Shown piece after piece: positions 20,290 to 29,571 of a stretch of 64,000 nucleotides of DNA (within the stretch, counting starts at the first letter, position 1; every line of letters starts with the position of its first letter). The notes beneath the pieces are model-generated. The model made no database searches. It was not told the origin of the DNA and worked only from the letters and a program-made list of their open reading frames with translations. This DNA is from a virus. The stretch is from the IMG/VR virus record IMGVR_UViG_3300043449_002563, positions 5,492 through 69,491 of that record, one strand, 5' to 3'. The position numbers and the translations under genes were made by a program.

Positions 20290-22275
20290 ATGGAAACTAC
20301 ACCTCTTGTTCATTTTACAGATGCAGAAACAAATGTAAAAGCAAATGATTTTCCATTTGCAAAATTTCCATTTGAAGAATTCAATCCTGTCCAATCTGCC
20401 TTAGTGCCTTGGGCACCCAAAGATGTTAACGGATTGATCGCCGCAGCAACAAGTTGTGGCAAAACTGTAATGTCGGAAATGTTTGCAAGTTACACAGTAA
20501 GGGTGCAAAAGAAAAAATTTATATTTCTTTGCCCTCTTAGAGCCTTGGCCTACGAAAAGTATGCTGATTGGACCAAGGAAGGGCATCATTTCTCTGATCT
20601 AAACATCGGTATTTACACCGGAGATTTCAGAGAGAAAGATGGATTTGAAAAAAATGATATCATAATTATGACTAGCGAGATGTTAAACCACAAAGTACGT
20701 GGTTCTGGTGAAAAGTGGCTAGATGAAATTGGACTACTAACTGTTGATGAGTCGCATACCTTAGCTATGGACGGCAGAGGTCCACATCTTGAAGCTGCCC
20801 TGATGGGATTTACAAGGCTGAATAAATCCAGCCGCATAATTCTATTGTCTGGCACCCTGCCAAACGTTGATGAAATAGCAAGCTGGATACAGAGTTTAAA
20901 CGGAAAAGAAACATTCTGCATCAAAAGCACCTTTAGACCTTGTCAGCTAAAAATAAATACGATGACTTATGATGAAGACATGAATGTTAGAGATGCTATA
21001 TCCGAAGAATGTTGTTCACTCATAAGCAAGTTTTCTGCCGACAAGTTTATAATCTTTGTTCATGTCAAAGCTATTGGTAACTACATTGTTGATAAATTAG
21101 CAAATAGAGGAGTTGAGGCTCTTTTTCATAATGCTAACCTTGAAAGTAAGCAACGAATTGACATCGAAAACAGATTCAAAAACGACAAATCTCTTCGGGT
21201 AATAGTTGCCACTAGCACATTGGCACAGGGCTTAAATCTGCCTGCTAGGCGGGTCATTGTAGCAGGGGTACATAGAGGTACCAAATTGGTCCCTTCTTAC
21301 GATATATTGCAGATGTGTGGCAGAGCCGGCAGACCTGCTTTTGATAAGCAGGGAGACGCTTATATCCTTCTGCCAAATAGAGATTTTCATCACCTAAGCA
21401 AGATTTGTACTAAAGCTTGGCCAGTTACAAGCAAGATGTTGGAAACCCACGATGCCACAGGCGAATATAACACTCTGATATTTCATTTATTAGCAGAAAT
21501 ACAAGAAGAGAGAGTAAAAACCATAGATCAAGTTGAAGAATGGTATTCGAAAACATTAGCCAGTTTCCAAAATATGAAACTGCGTATGGGGCATCTTTTA
21601 GATAGCTTAGATAAGTTATCTAAACTTGGCATAATCAAAATCGACAGAGCTACAAAATCAATTGAAATAAAAACATTAGGCACTATTTCTGTAAGGTTTT
21701 ACATTAGTCCTTACACTGTATTTAGTTACAGCAAAAACTTTGAAAGCTTGTTTGGACAAAAAGAATTTACTGATGTGGATATTTGTGTAGCATTAGCAAA
21801 TCATCAAGATAATTTTGTCGGATCTTTGTCAAAAGAAGACAAGCTTAACATGAGAGCTTTTATAGAAAGGGTAAATGCTAGCACAACACGGGAGATACCT
21901 GAAGGCGTAATTAAAAGCGCCTATATTCATTATCGAGCATTGCATGGCGTTTTTGACAGCAAATATGCAAGCATAGCAAAAACAATTCAACAGGATTTCC
22001 CAAGAACTGCTGCTGTTTTACAGGCAATTGATTCATGGGGCAAAAAATGGGATCGTAAAGATTTTTTCAGTACATTAGAAAAAAGAATGAAACATGGAGT
22101 GCCAGCACGACTTGTTGATTTAGTTGAGATCAAAAATATTGGCAAAATACGTGCTGAGAAGTTATATAATGCAGGGTTTAAAACAAAAGCAGATATTTTG
22201 CAAAAACCCGAAGCGGCAGCCAAGGCTGCTGGGGTTAGCGTAGAAACCCTAAAAGCAAATGCAGAGTATAATTAG
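20290..22275 (+). CDS. Ski2/Hel308-like SF2 DEXH helicase with C-terminal HhH
   Basis: FNPVQS Q-motif, AATSCGKT, PLRALA, VDESH, LSGT, ATSTLAQGLNLPA, QMCGRAGRPAFD, IKNIGKIRAEKLYNAG. Confidence 0.9.
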   Translation: METTPLVHFTDAETNVKANDFPFAKFPFEEFNPVQSALVPWAPKDVNGLIAAATSCGKTVMSEMFASYTVRVQKKKFIFLCPLRALAYEKYADWTKEGHHFSDLNIGIYTGDFREKDGFEKNDIIIMTSEMLNHKVRGSGEKWLDEIGLLTVDESHTLAMDGRGPHLEAALMGFTRLNKSSRIILLSGTLPNVDEIASWIQSLNGKETFCIKSTFRPCQLKINTMTYDEDMNVRDAISEECCSLISKFSADKFIIFVHVKAIGNYIVDKLANRGVEALFHNANLESKQRIDIENRFKNDKSLRVIVATSTLAQGLNLPARRVIVAGVHRGTKLVPSYDILQMCGRAGRPAFDKQGDAYILLPNRDFHHLSKICTKAWPVTSKMLETHDATGEYNTLIFHLLAEIQEERVKTIDQVEEWYSKTLASFQNMKLRMGHLLDSLDKLSKLGIIKIDRATKSIEIKTLGTISVRFYISPYTVFSYSKNFESLFGQKEFTDVDICVALANHQDNFVGSLSKEDKLNMRAFIERVNASTTREIPEGVIKSAYIHYRALHGVFDSKYASIAKTIQQDFPRTAAVLQAIDSWGKKWDRKDFFSTLEKRMKHGVPARLVDLVEIKNIGKIRAEKLYNAGFKTKADILQKPEAAAKAAGVSVETLKANAEYN

Positions 22276-22289
22276 AAAGGGAGAAAATC

Positions 22290-22733
22290 ATGGCAAAGAA
22301 TGAAGATGATGACATCATCGAAGTTGGATTCCACATGGGTCTTTGCCCTGAATATGAGGCAAAAAAACTCATAGACTGCATGGAATATATCAAGGATACA
22401 ATCAAGTACATCTTGATAATCGAATGCGAAGAGGGCATGAAATACCCTTACAATCGCATTATTTGTAATGGCAAATATCTAATCGAAGCTTTTGACTTTG
22501 ATGAAGCCACAGTTGATCTGGAAATAAAGAAGGGTAAGGTCAAAAAGTGCTTAGCCCAGATTGAAAAAGAAGTAACCGATCATTACTTTTTATTCGACTT
22601 CAGCAAGGAAATTGCCAAAGATGATTTCGAAAATTTTATTACAAGTGGAATATTAATTAGCAGAGTAGCCATTGAAGGTGATTTGCCGGGAATGGCATCT
22701 AAGATGGCATTTGTTTGTATCACGAATCCTTGA
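22290..22733 (+). CDS. Hypothetical protein
   Basis: GGGAG SD; acidic 147 aa. Confidence 0.7.
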   Translation: MAKNEDDDIIEVGFHMGLCPEYEAKKLIDCMEYIKDTIKYILIIECEEGMKYPYNRIICNGKYLIEAFDFDEATVDLEIKKGKVKKCLAQIEKEVTDHYFLFDFSKEIAKDDFENFITSGILISRVAIEGDLPGMASKMAFVCITNP

Positions 22734-22995
22734 CTTCTTTACCAAAGAAGTCAGAAGGATATTCCACTTTTACAGTGCCATCCTTGTCGGTTGGCTTGCC
22801 GTCCTCGTCTTCTACCCACCATCTAACCTGCTTAATTTCTATGCCAATTTCTTCAAAGTGGCACTTGTCACTTGGGAATACTGGCATGTGATATTCTTGG
22901 CCGTCTACCAGAACTCCTACCTTGCATTGTTGCTTGGTTCTATCATATAACAAACAGTTATTACATATTTTTTCTATTTTTTTACTTTTTTCCAT
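22720..22995 (-). CDS. Small Cys-rich hypothetical protein
   Basis: CxxC...C...C; TATAAT 8 nt before ATG. Confidence 0.6.
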   Translation of the reverse strand: MEKSKKIEKICNNCLLYDRTKQQCKVGVLVDGQEYHMPVFPSDKCHFEEIGIEIKQVRWWVEDEDGKPTDKDGTVKVEYPSDFFGKEVKDS

Positions 22996-23037
22996 GGCAA
23001 CTTATTATAATAGTTAAAATGTATTTTTACAAATAGG

Positions 23038-23670
23038 ATGTATATGAAAACACATGATAAGCCATTTTTAAGTCGCATGGAATTTCATAATGCTATAAGT
23101 TACGGATTGATGGAAACTTTATTTACAAGAAAAATAATTTCAAAATTTGACAAGGCTATTACTGAAGAAGATAAAGAAGGAGTAGATTATTTTTTTAAAT
23201 GGGCAGAAAAAGATCCAAGATATACTGATGGACGAATAAGAATACAGTTTAAAAATAGAGAAGATACTTATCCTGATTTTCCAGTCTTAAGATTTCAACC
23301 TTTATACGGCGTAGATCATCCTAAAAATAATATTGGCAGAGACTACAAAGCTCTAAAAAATCAAATGAATGATTTGTACTTTACAGCGATCAAGCCAGAT
23401 GGCAAGAACTATTCAAAAATACTGGTTATTGACTCCAAGAAATTATTTGGTATTGTAGAAGAATCAGAAAATGAATGGTTTGGTGACGATGTTCCTTGGG
23501 CTTTTCTGACCGAGGAGTTTTGTGCAAAAACTACCTCTTGGAATAAAAAAATTTTACAGGCAAAAAACGGTGTTCAGGCTTGGTTCAAAAGAACTAAAAG
23601 TGAAAAATCACCTAAAATAAATTTGTATGTTCCCAAAGGATATGCTGATCAGGTAATTGATTTATTTTAA
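23038..23670 (+). CDS. Hypothetical protein, possible PD-(D/E)xK nuclease
   Basis: EDKEGVDY...IRIQFKNR resembles the D...QxK variant motif. Confidence 0.45.
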   Translation: MYMKTHDKPFLSRMEFHNAISYGLMETLFTRKIISKFDKAITEEDKEGVDYFFKWAEKDPRYTDGRIRIQFKNREDTYPDFPVLRFQPLYGVDHPKNNIGRDYKALKNQMNDLYFTAIKPDGKNYSKILVIDSKKLFGIVEESENEWFGDDVPWAFLTEEFCAKTTSWNKKILQAKNGVQAWFKRTKSEKSPKINLYVPKGYADQVIDLF

Positions 23671-23681
23671 GGAGTTAACGC

Positions 23682-24314
23682 ATGGCTACTGAAGGGTTGA
23701 GTATTATTGGCGCTCATGGACAGGCTGGCATGGGCAAAGACACCCTATGCGATTATTTGGAAAAGAAGTTAAATAAGGGCAGGAAGAAGGAGTGGAAGAG
23801 GACTGCCTTTGCTAATGCTGTTAAAAATAATTTTTGCGAGTCTTTTGGTTACACAAGGGAATTCGTAGAGGAATGGAAGCGCAAGGATGAAATTCCAGCC
23901 GGAATGAAGGTCACAGTTCGTCAAGCTTTGCAGAAAATTGGCGACGGTTTCAGGGAAATCAATTCTGACATTTGGATTGATATTGCACTTAGGGAATCCG
24001 GTAAGCTCATCCTAAGCGATGGGCGATATATCAACGAGGCTAAGAAGATCAAGGAAAAGAACGGAGTAAACATCCTCATTTACAGAACGGGATTTCTGAA
24101 TAATGATCCTAATCCAAGTGAGAGCAGCCTTCGCCCTCTGATTGAGCATTGCTCAAACCTTATTCCTGATGGCAAGATTTATCATGGCACCTTGGTAAGG
24201 TACCCAGAGGGATTGGATTATTATGATATATTTTTAAGGAATGATGGTGATCTTGAAAGCTTTTACAAGAAAATAGATAAGCTTGTGCTGCCATATTTGC
24301 AGGCAATGCTATAA
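23682..24314 (+). CDS. Deoxynucleoside monophosphate kinase (T4 gp1-like)
   Basis: GQAGMGKDT, AFANAVK, VRQALQKIGDGFR, LSDGRYINE. Confidence 0.88.
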   Translation: MATEGLSIIGAHGQAGMGKDTLCDYLEKKLNKGRKKEWKRTAFANAVKNNFCESFGYTREFVEEWKRKDEIPAGMKVTVRQALQKIGDGFREINSDIWIDIALRESGKLILSDGRYINEAKKIKEKNGVNILIYRTGFLNNDPNPSESSLRPLIEHCSNLIPDGKIYHGTLVRYPEGLDYYDIFLRNDGDLESFYKKIDKLVLPYLQAML

Positions 24315-24938
24315 TTTCTTGTTCTTTAGCATTCGCAGACCTTTTTCTGTGAATACTATAAACTCGATGTTCCTTTTGCGGCAGTACTCATCTGCCGCTT
24401 TCCATTTAGCTAGATTCTTTGGAATCTTAGTTTGATTTTTTGGTTTAATTTCCCAAAGTTCTTTTTTGCCTGTGTTATATTCCACAAGTATATCAGGAAT
24501 GTATTTTCTTAGCTTTCCTTCGTATACGTATTCTATTTCCAAGCTCTCAACTTGATATTTTACAACGTCATTTTTCTTTTCTAAACACTTATAAAATTCA
24601 GATTCCATGCCGCTTCTGAAGAATAATTGCTTATTGTTCTTTTTGCTGTAAAAATTACCTTGTTTAAAAGCCGTTTTTCTTTTTTTTTTGAACTTGCTGT
24701 CCCTGAGAATAACAGGGCGAACAGGGTACCCTTCGGGTATTTTGAATTCTGGATGTTTCAAAGCAACATGAGTTCTTAAATCCCTGACAGGTATTTTGCA
24801 AGTTTCACAAGGGCAAATAATAAAATCTGTACCTTCTTCATGTTCTGTTACTATGTGGCTACGAAACTCTTCTAAAGTTTCGAATATATTGTCACAGACA
24901 AAACAACAGAAATTTTTAATTCTAGGTTTTTCACTCAT
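24309..24938 (-). CDS. TnsA-N/T4 gp4-like (head completion) endonuclease with two N-terminal C2H2 zinc fingers
   Basis: FRSGMESEF, YIPDILV, EIKP, KWKAADEYC; CFVC...HIVTEH and CETC...HVALKH. Confidence 0.75.
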   Translation of the reverse strand: MSEKPRIKNFCCFVCDNIFETLEEFRSHIVTEHEEGTDFIICPCETCKIPVRDLRTHVALKHPEFKIPEGYPVRPVILRDSKFKKKRKTAFKQGNFYSKKNNKQLFFRSGMESEFYKCLEKKNDVVKYQVESLEIEYVYEGKLRKYIPDILVEYNTGKKELWEIKPKNQTKIPKNLAKWKAADEYCRKRNIEFIVFTEKGLRMLKNKKL

Positions 24939-25410
24939 CGTCTAGATTTGCTTCCTTGTCTTCAGGTGTGTCAACAGGCTTAAGTTTCTTTCCAAGTCTC
25001 TTGCTGCTAAGCTTTTTAACGGCATATTCCTGAGGAACAATTTTTATTTTGTTGAGGTCTTTGCGATTAAAAATCTTGATTCTTTGTAAATCTTCTGGTT
25101 CATCACTTTGATCAATCAAGGTTTGTAGGTCAAATGCTTGAAAACTGTCTTCAGCCTTTATAGGATCATCAGGATTGGGTGATTTCATCTTGGCAAATGC
25201 TAGGCGGCCATCTTCTGTAGTTCCGTAAAGTTTTACGGTCTTTTTGTTTTTACGATCTTTTGCCGGATATAGGAAGAACATTACAAGTTCTTTATGGGTT
25301 AGGAACTTGTCTATCTCATCTTGGACACTTTCTTTAAATACGTGGTTATCCCACAAGTCCATAAGCTGTCTGAATTGCGAAAAACCCGGTGATTGTGTAT
25401 TGTAATCCAT
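24931..25410 (-). CDS. Hypothetical protein (possible internal head protein)
   Basis: GAGG SD before ATG 25410; FSQFRQLMD..VFKES N-terminal segment. Confidence 0.65.
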   Translation of the reverse strand: MDYNTQSPGFSQFRQLMDLWDNHVFKESVQDEIDKFLTHKELVMFFLYPAKDRKNKKTVKLYGTTEDGRLAFAKMKSPNPDDPIKAEDSFQAFDLQTLIDQSDEPEDLQRIKIFNRKDLNKIKIVPQEYAVKKLSSKRLGKKLKPVDTPEDKEANLDDE

Positions 25411-25474
25411 AGTAGTCAACCTCGTAATATAATAATATATAATAGTTTATTTGGTTTTTCTGGATAGATAAAGT

Positions 25475-25903
25475 ATGGACAATTTGTCATTTCGTAGATT
25501 TATTGAAGAGCAGGAAAAAGACAAGGAAGTAAAGTCCTCGTTGCCGAACGCTGCCAGAGTCAATCTGGGCATAAAAAAGAGCGAATTCGAGCAAGCTTTA
25601 AAAGGTATGTTTCCTACTGTAAATTCTCAAATGATCATGCCCACAAATAAAGCCAGCAAAGTTCAAATTTCAGTTGCACCAGTTGATTACAAATTGTCTG
25701 CTGACGGCAAAAGAGCCAGCATGAATATCATGGCTGATGACACTCCTTATGTGTTTGTGAATGACAGGGATATTTATAAGGGTGGCAACATCAAGTTAAG
25801 ATTGGCTCCATCTAGCGTAGACAAAATGATGTTTCAAGGCATGCCTATACAGCAGGGTGCTCCTCCTGCAGGTGGCGCACCGCCTATGATGCCCCCATCA
25901 TAA
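25475..25903 (+). CDS. Hypothetical protein with capsid-targeting-like N-terminus
   Basis: MDNLSFRRFIEE; TAGATA 4 nt before ATG. Confidence 0.7.
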   Translation: MDNLSFRRFIEEQEKDKEVKSSLPNAARVNLGIKKSEFEQALKGMFPTVNSQMIMPTNKASKVQISVAPVDYKLSADGKRASMNIMADDTPYVFVNDRDIYKGGNIKLRLAPSSVDKMMFQGMPIQQGAPPAGGAPPMMPPS

Positions 25904-26770
25904 TTTAAGTTTAAGATTATCAATTACTGTTTCTGGTTTTTGATTAAACATACAAGAGTTGTAAATATTCCTTGCTATGTTTTCTTCTTTTGCCCAAGCA
26001 TACTGCATTTTTTCCAAAAATGGGAAATACATCATGACTTGCGGAACATCTATGTTGTCGGCCAATATGTTTAATCCAGATTGGTAGCCAATGAAACAAA
26101 TAGAATGCTTGATAATGTGCATCACGTTGCCGGGAAAACTGTCACAATAAATATGAGATTTAATAGCTACTTCTTTTAATTTTTTTTGCATGACATCCAT
26201 GCTTTCTTTGTCATATGATGCACCAACAAAAATAATTGGGTTTTTCAACGAATATTTTTTATAAAACAGCCTTATAAACTTAGTCCAGTTATTGTAACCC
26301 CATTGGTTTACTTTCAAAGCATGATTGTTTTTTTCGCTACCGCTTATGTAAACACAAACATAAGTGTTTTCCTGATATTTTAAGGGTGCGTAGTCTGACT
26401 TAATATTTACTTTCTTTTCTATTTTGTGGCCTTCGTCAATTTTTTCTATCCTGATTCCTTGTTCTAATGGCTTATTACAAGCGTAAGTAAATGTAGTTAC
26501 TCCATTTTCGTATGCCGATAATATATCCTCCATTTTATAATCTGCTTCGATCATGTTTGCGTATTCTTTATCTGACATATCGCAGTTTTGGACATTGCCT
26601 GTTTTAGGCAGCAGATTTAGAAAACCCATAGCTCTAGTTGCTATTTTATTGTCGTTGCTGGGAACTTTTCCTATGTGGAAATTTATCTTGTCGAAATAGG
26701 GAGAAAATTTCTGATATATCCAGAAGATGTCTCCTACGCCCTGTGGTACTCTAAGATTTATTGTCTTCAT
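25898..26770 (-). CDS. GT9-like (heptosyltransferase-like) glycosyltransferase
   Basis: N-terminal PQGVGDIFW and C-terminal FIGYQSGLNILADNIDVP match the GT9 GxGD and xxSGxxH/xAxxxxxP motifs. Confidence 0.65.
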   Translation of the reverse strand: MKTINLRVPQGVGDIFWIYQKFSPYFDKINFHIGKVPSNDNKIATRAMGFLNLLPKTGNVQNCDMSDKEYANMIEADYKMEDILSAYENGVTTFTYACNKPLEQGIRIEKIDEGHKIEKKVNIKSDYAPLKYQENTYVCVYISGSEKNNHALKVNQWGYNNWTKFIRLFYKKYSLKNPIIFVGASYDKESMDVMQKKLKEVAIKSHIYCDSFPGNVMHIIKHSICFIGYQSGLNILADNIDVPQVMMYFPFLEKMQYAWAKEENIARNIYNSCMFNQKPETVIDNLKLKL

Positions 26771-27422
26771 TTTCCATTCCTTTTTGTATTTTTTCTATTA
26801 ATTCCTTGCTTAAAATTTTATGGTAATAATCATCAGAACCTTTATATTTTGATATTTGGTTTTTGCGATATTGCGTATAGGGATCAGCTTCCGTTTTAAG
26901 TGATTTACAAATTTGCTCTACTTTGTCTAGACTGCAATTCTTAGCTATTTTGTTGCATGTATCTTGTGATAAATCTGCTTTTAAGTATTGTCCTATCGAC
27001 CTGACTACTGACAAAATATTATTTGTAATATCATCATATTTCACAACTAATATTTTATCATTTTTTTTGTACTTTAAGTAATTGGCATAGTTTTTAATAC
27101 ATTCAGAATAAATTTTGTTTTCATCCCAGTTTGGCATAGTATTAGCAATGCTTGCTGCCGAAGACAGGGGTGATCGATAAGTGTATACCAGTTTTATATT
27201 TTCACTAACATCTTCGGGATAGTAGTCGTGGGTCTTTATTACATACCTATGTGTTAAAAAAATAGGGTGGAGATCAACAAAACTTTGTATCTGGGAATGA
27301 TTAGCGCCTACGGAACGAAAATCTTTTCCGAGTATTCCGGACTCAGAAACAATGTTGAGTATGATGTTAAACGCTGCGGTTGAACCGGTTCTGTAACCGC
27401 CGTTACAAATTATAGCATGCAT
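26751..27422 (-). CDS. Sulfotransferase-family protein
   Basis: GGYRTGST (5'-PSB), VIKTH, YRSPLSSAAS (3'-PB), VKYDDI. Confidence 0.75.
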   Translation of the reverse strand: MHAIICNGGYRTGSTAAFNIILNIVSESGILGKDFRSVGANHSQIQSFVDLHPIFLTHRYVIKTHDYYPEDVSENIKLVYTYRSPLSSAASIANTMPNWDENKIYSECIKNYANYLKYKKNDKILVVKYDDITNNILSVVRSIGQYLKADLSQDTCNKIAKNCSLDKVEQICKSLKTEADPYTQYRKNQISKYKGSDDYYHKILSKELIEKIQKGMENEDNKS

Positions 27423-27461
27423 AAGGTATATATATTAAAGTAACTCTTTGTAGAGGTTTGT

Positions 27462-27671
27462 TTGAACACTTTAAGTTTTAAAAAATGGTTACAGAAAACA
27501 GAAGCGGCTACGACAACAGCCAGTGTAGCTCATGTTCCAACTATGGCCTTGGGTAATCCCGGCAATGCATTCATACACGGCAACCCACAAAAACAAGCTA
27601 AGAAATGCGGATTAGCCATGTGCCCAGACGATTTGAATGGAAATCCAATAGTAAAAAAAGACAAAAAATAA
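27462..27671 (+). CDS. Small protein, capsid-targeting-like N-terminus, QAxKCGLAMCPxDL motif
   Basis: GAGG SD, TTG start, LSFKKWLQKTE. Confidence 0.65.
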   Translation: MNTLSFKKWLQKTEAATTTASVAHVPTMALGNPGNAFIHGNPQKQAKKCGLAMCPDDLNGNPIVKKDKK

Positions 27672-27691
27672 ATTCCGATTACTAAATAATT

Positions 27692-27852
27692 ATGTCTCCT
27701 TCTAATAATTATTTGTTTCGGGTTAAATTTAAATTTCTATAATTAAGTAACGAAGCGTTTTAAAAGTGAGTACTTAGGAGACAGCCCTTTTGGGGGCAAG
27801 AGCTTATGCTCTAAAGGTTCGTGGGGATAGCCTTCAAAACCCCACTTTTTTT
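27692..27852 (+). ncRNA. Candidate structured RNA with 3' H-type pseudoknot/terminator
   Basis: TAAATA at 27683; TGTCTCCT/AGGAGACA long-range stem, two hairpins, AAGGTT/AGCCTT crossing GTGGGG/CCCCAC, then T7. Confidence 0.45.
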
Positions 27853-27875
27853 ATTTCTTCTGCATATATAAAAGT

Positions 27876-28142
27876 ATGAATACTTTCACAGAATGGTTAC
27901 GCTTACGTGAAGAAGCAAAAGCCAATAAGTTGGATTTAACGTACAAAAGGCCATACGGTGGGGGTTATGAGGGCAGTCCAGTTCTCAACGACCCTGACGA
28001 ATTCGTAGGCAGGGATTCGCAAGCACAAGCTGAGAAATGTGGTTTGGCTATGTGTCCCCATGATTTAACTGTTGGCAGCATGCTTACCGATAAGAAAAGA
28101 ACAAATCAGACTTTAAAAAATTCTGACAAAAAGTCTAAGTAA
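27876..28142 (+). CDS. Small protein, capsid-targeting-like N-terminus, QAxKCGLAMCPxDL motif
   Basis: MNTFTEWLRLREE; TATATA 5 nt before ATG. Confidence 0.7.
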   Translation: MNTFTEWLRLREEAKANKLDLTYKRPYGGGYEGSPVLNDPDEFVGRDSQAQAEKCGLAMCPHDLTVGSMLTDKKRTNQTLKNSDKKSK

Positions 28143-28161
28143 ACCAAATCTTTTGTAGCAT

Positions 28162-28208
28162 AACTCCTTTGCTTCGATTACAATAAGTAATAAGCAAAGG
28201 AGTTTTTT
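28162..28208 (+). promoter_or_regulatory. 13-bp hairpin sequestering the thyX SD; TACAAT in the loop; also terminator-like
   Basis: AACTCCTTTGCTT (28162-74) pairs with AAGCAAAGGAGTT (28192-204), followed by a T run and ATG 28210. Confidence 0.7.
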
Positions 28209-28209
28209 C

Positions 28210-29100
28210 ATGGACGCATTAGATCTGGTTCCTCAAAAGAAAATCCAATGTCTTGATCTGGGTTTTGTGGAACTTGTAGATGTAATGCCAAGAATAATTC
28301 CTGATGGTCAGACATGTGATTATGCCATAGCGCAAATGGCAAGAGTAAGTTATGGGGATGGTACTAAATCTGTCAACGAAGATAAAGGGCTAATTAGATA
28401 CCTTTTAAGGCACCAGCACACTTCACCATTTGAAGGCATTACTTTTAAACTTCACATGAAATTGCCCGTGTTTTTGGCTAGGCAGGCAATTAGACATCGC
28501 ACTGTATCACTTAATGAGATCAGCGGCAGATATTCTGTCATGAAAGATGAATTCTACTTTCCTAACTCCGATGAGTTAAGGAAGCAGTCCAAAACTAATA
28601 AGCAAGGTTCAGATGGTACCATTGATGATATACAGTCTGCTGTATTTGCAGAAGGAATCAAATCTCAGTGTAAGTCTGCTTACGACCTTTATTTAAGAAT
28701 GCTGGATGCTGGCGTTGCAAGGGAACAGGCAAGAATGGTTTTGCCTCTCAATTTGTATACTGAATGGTATTGGTGTCAAAACCTGCATAATTTGTTGCAT
28801 TTTTTGGCTTTGAGAGCTGATAGCCATGCACAGTATGAAATTCAGGTTTATGCTAATGCAATTCTTGAATTGATTCGTCCTCTTGTGCCTTGGACTATTG
28901 AGGCATGGGAAGATTATCACATTATGCGTGGCGCTGTCAAATTAACATCTTTGGAAACTGAAGCTATTAAAAAGCACAACTTACACCGTGATCAGACTCA
29001 GGGTGTAAGTTGGATTGGTCAAATAGAAAGCGAAAATAAGAGAGAAAAGTCAGAATGGAAAGATAAAGCTGCTGATTTAGGCTTTAACATTCTGAATTAA
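28210..29100 (+). CDS. thyX: FAD-dependent thymidylate synthase
   Basis: ARVSY, HTSPFE, RHRTVSLNEISGRY, REQARMVLP, LRADSHAQYEI. Confidence 0.95.
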   Translation: MDALDLVPQKKIQCLDLGFVELVDVMPRIIPDGQTCDYAIAQMARVSYGDGTKSVNEDKGLIRYLLRHQHTSPFEGITFKLHMKLPVFLARQAIRHRTVSLNEISGRYSVMKDEFYFPNSDELRKQSKTNKQGSDGTIDDIQSAVFAEGIKSQCKSAYDLYLRMLDAGVAREQARMVLPLNLYTEWYWCQNLHNLLHFLALRADSHAQYEIQVYANAILELIRPLVPWTIEAWEDYHIMRGAVKLTSLETEAIKKHNLHRDQTQGVSWIGQIESENKREKSEWKDKAADLGFNILN

Positions 29101-29559
29101 ATTTGCAAATCTGGCGCTTTCCTTCTCGTTAAACGCATTCTGTAGTGCGTCTAGAAGGGCCTTTACAATCTGGTCGCCATAGTTCTTTATAACGTAGGGG
29201 ATAATCTTCTCTACCATTAGCTTCATAAGAATTGGAGCAAAATTCTGTGCATCTTTATCATTAAGGAAGTCAGCTAGCGTGGCATCAGATGGTGCCATGC
29301 CTTTTTGCTCTGCCATAGAAAATGATTTGTTGCTGGTTTTAAAAAGTGATAGGATAAAATCCAAAACTACTGGTCCAAAAAGTCGAACTAGCTCAATTAC
29401 AAATCCTACTGAGAAGCCATTTTTGATGCCTTCAATAGCTACGCTGAGTACTTCAGGTCCATATTTGTTTAGACATTCTGCAATAAAATCAGCGGAAAGT
29501 CCGAAATTTTCTGCTGTGCTGGTCAGTTCTTTTACTTCTTCTGCATTCAATACATTCAT
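29077..29559 (-). CDS. Hypothetical helical protein with internal xYGPxV repeats
   Basis: AAGGAG SD; KYGPEV/LFGPVV/NYGDQI. Confidence 0.7.
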   Translation of the reverse strand: MNVLNAEEVKELTSTAENFGLSADFIAECLNKYGPEVLSVAIEGIKNGFSVGFVIELVRLFGPVVLDFILSLFKTSNKSFSMAEQKGMAPSDATLADFLNDKDAQNFAPILMKLMVEKIIPYVIKNYGDQIVKALLDALQNAFNEKESARFANLIQNVKA

Positions 29560-29571
29560 TTTTGCTCCTTA

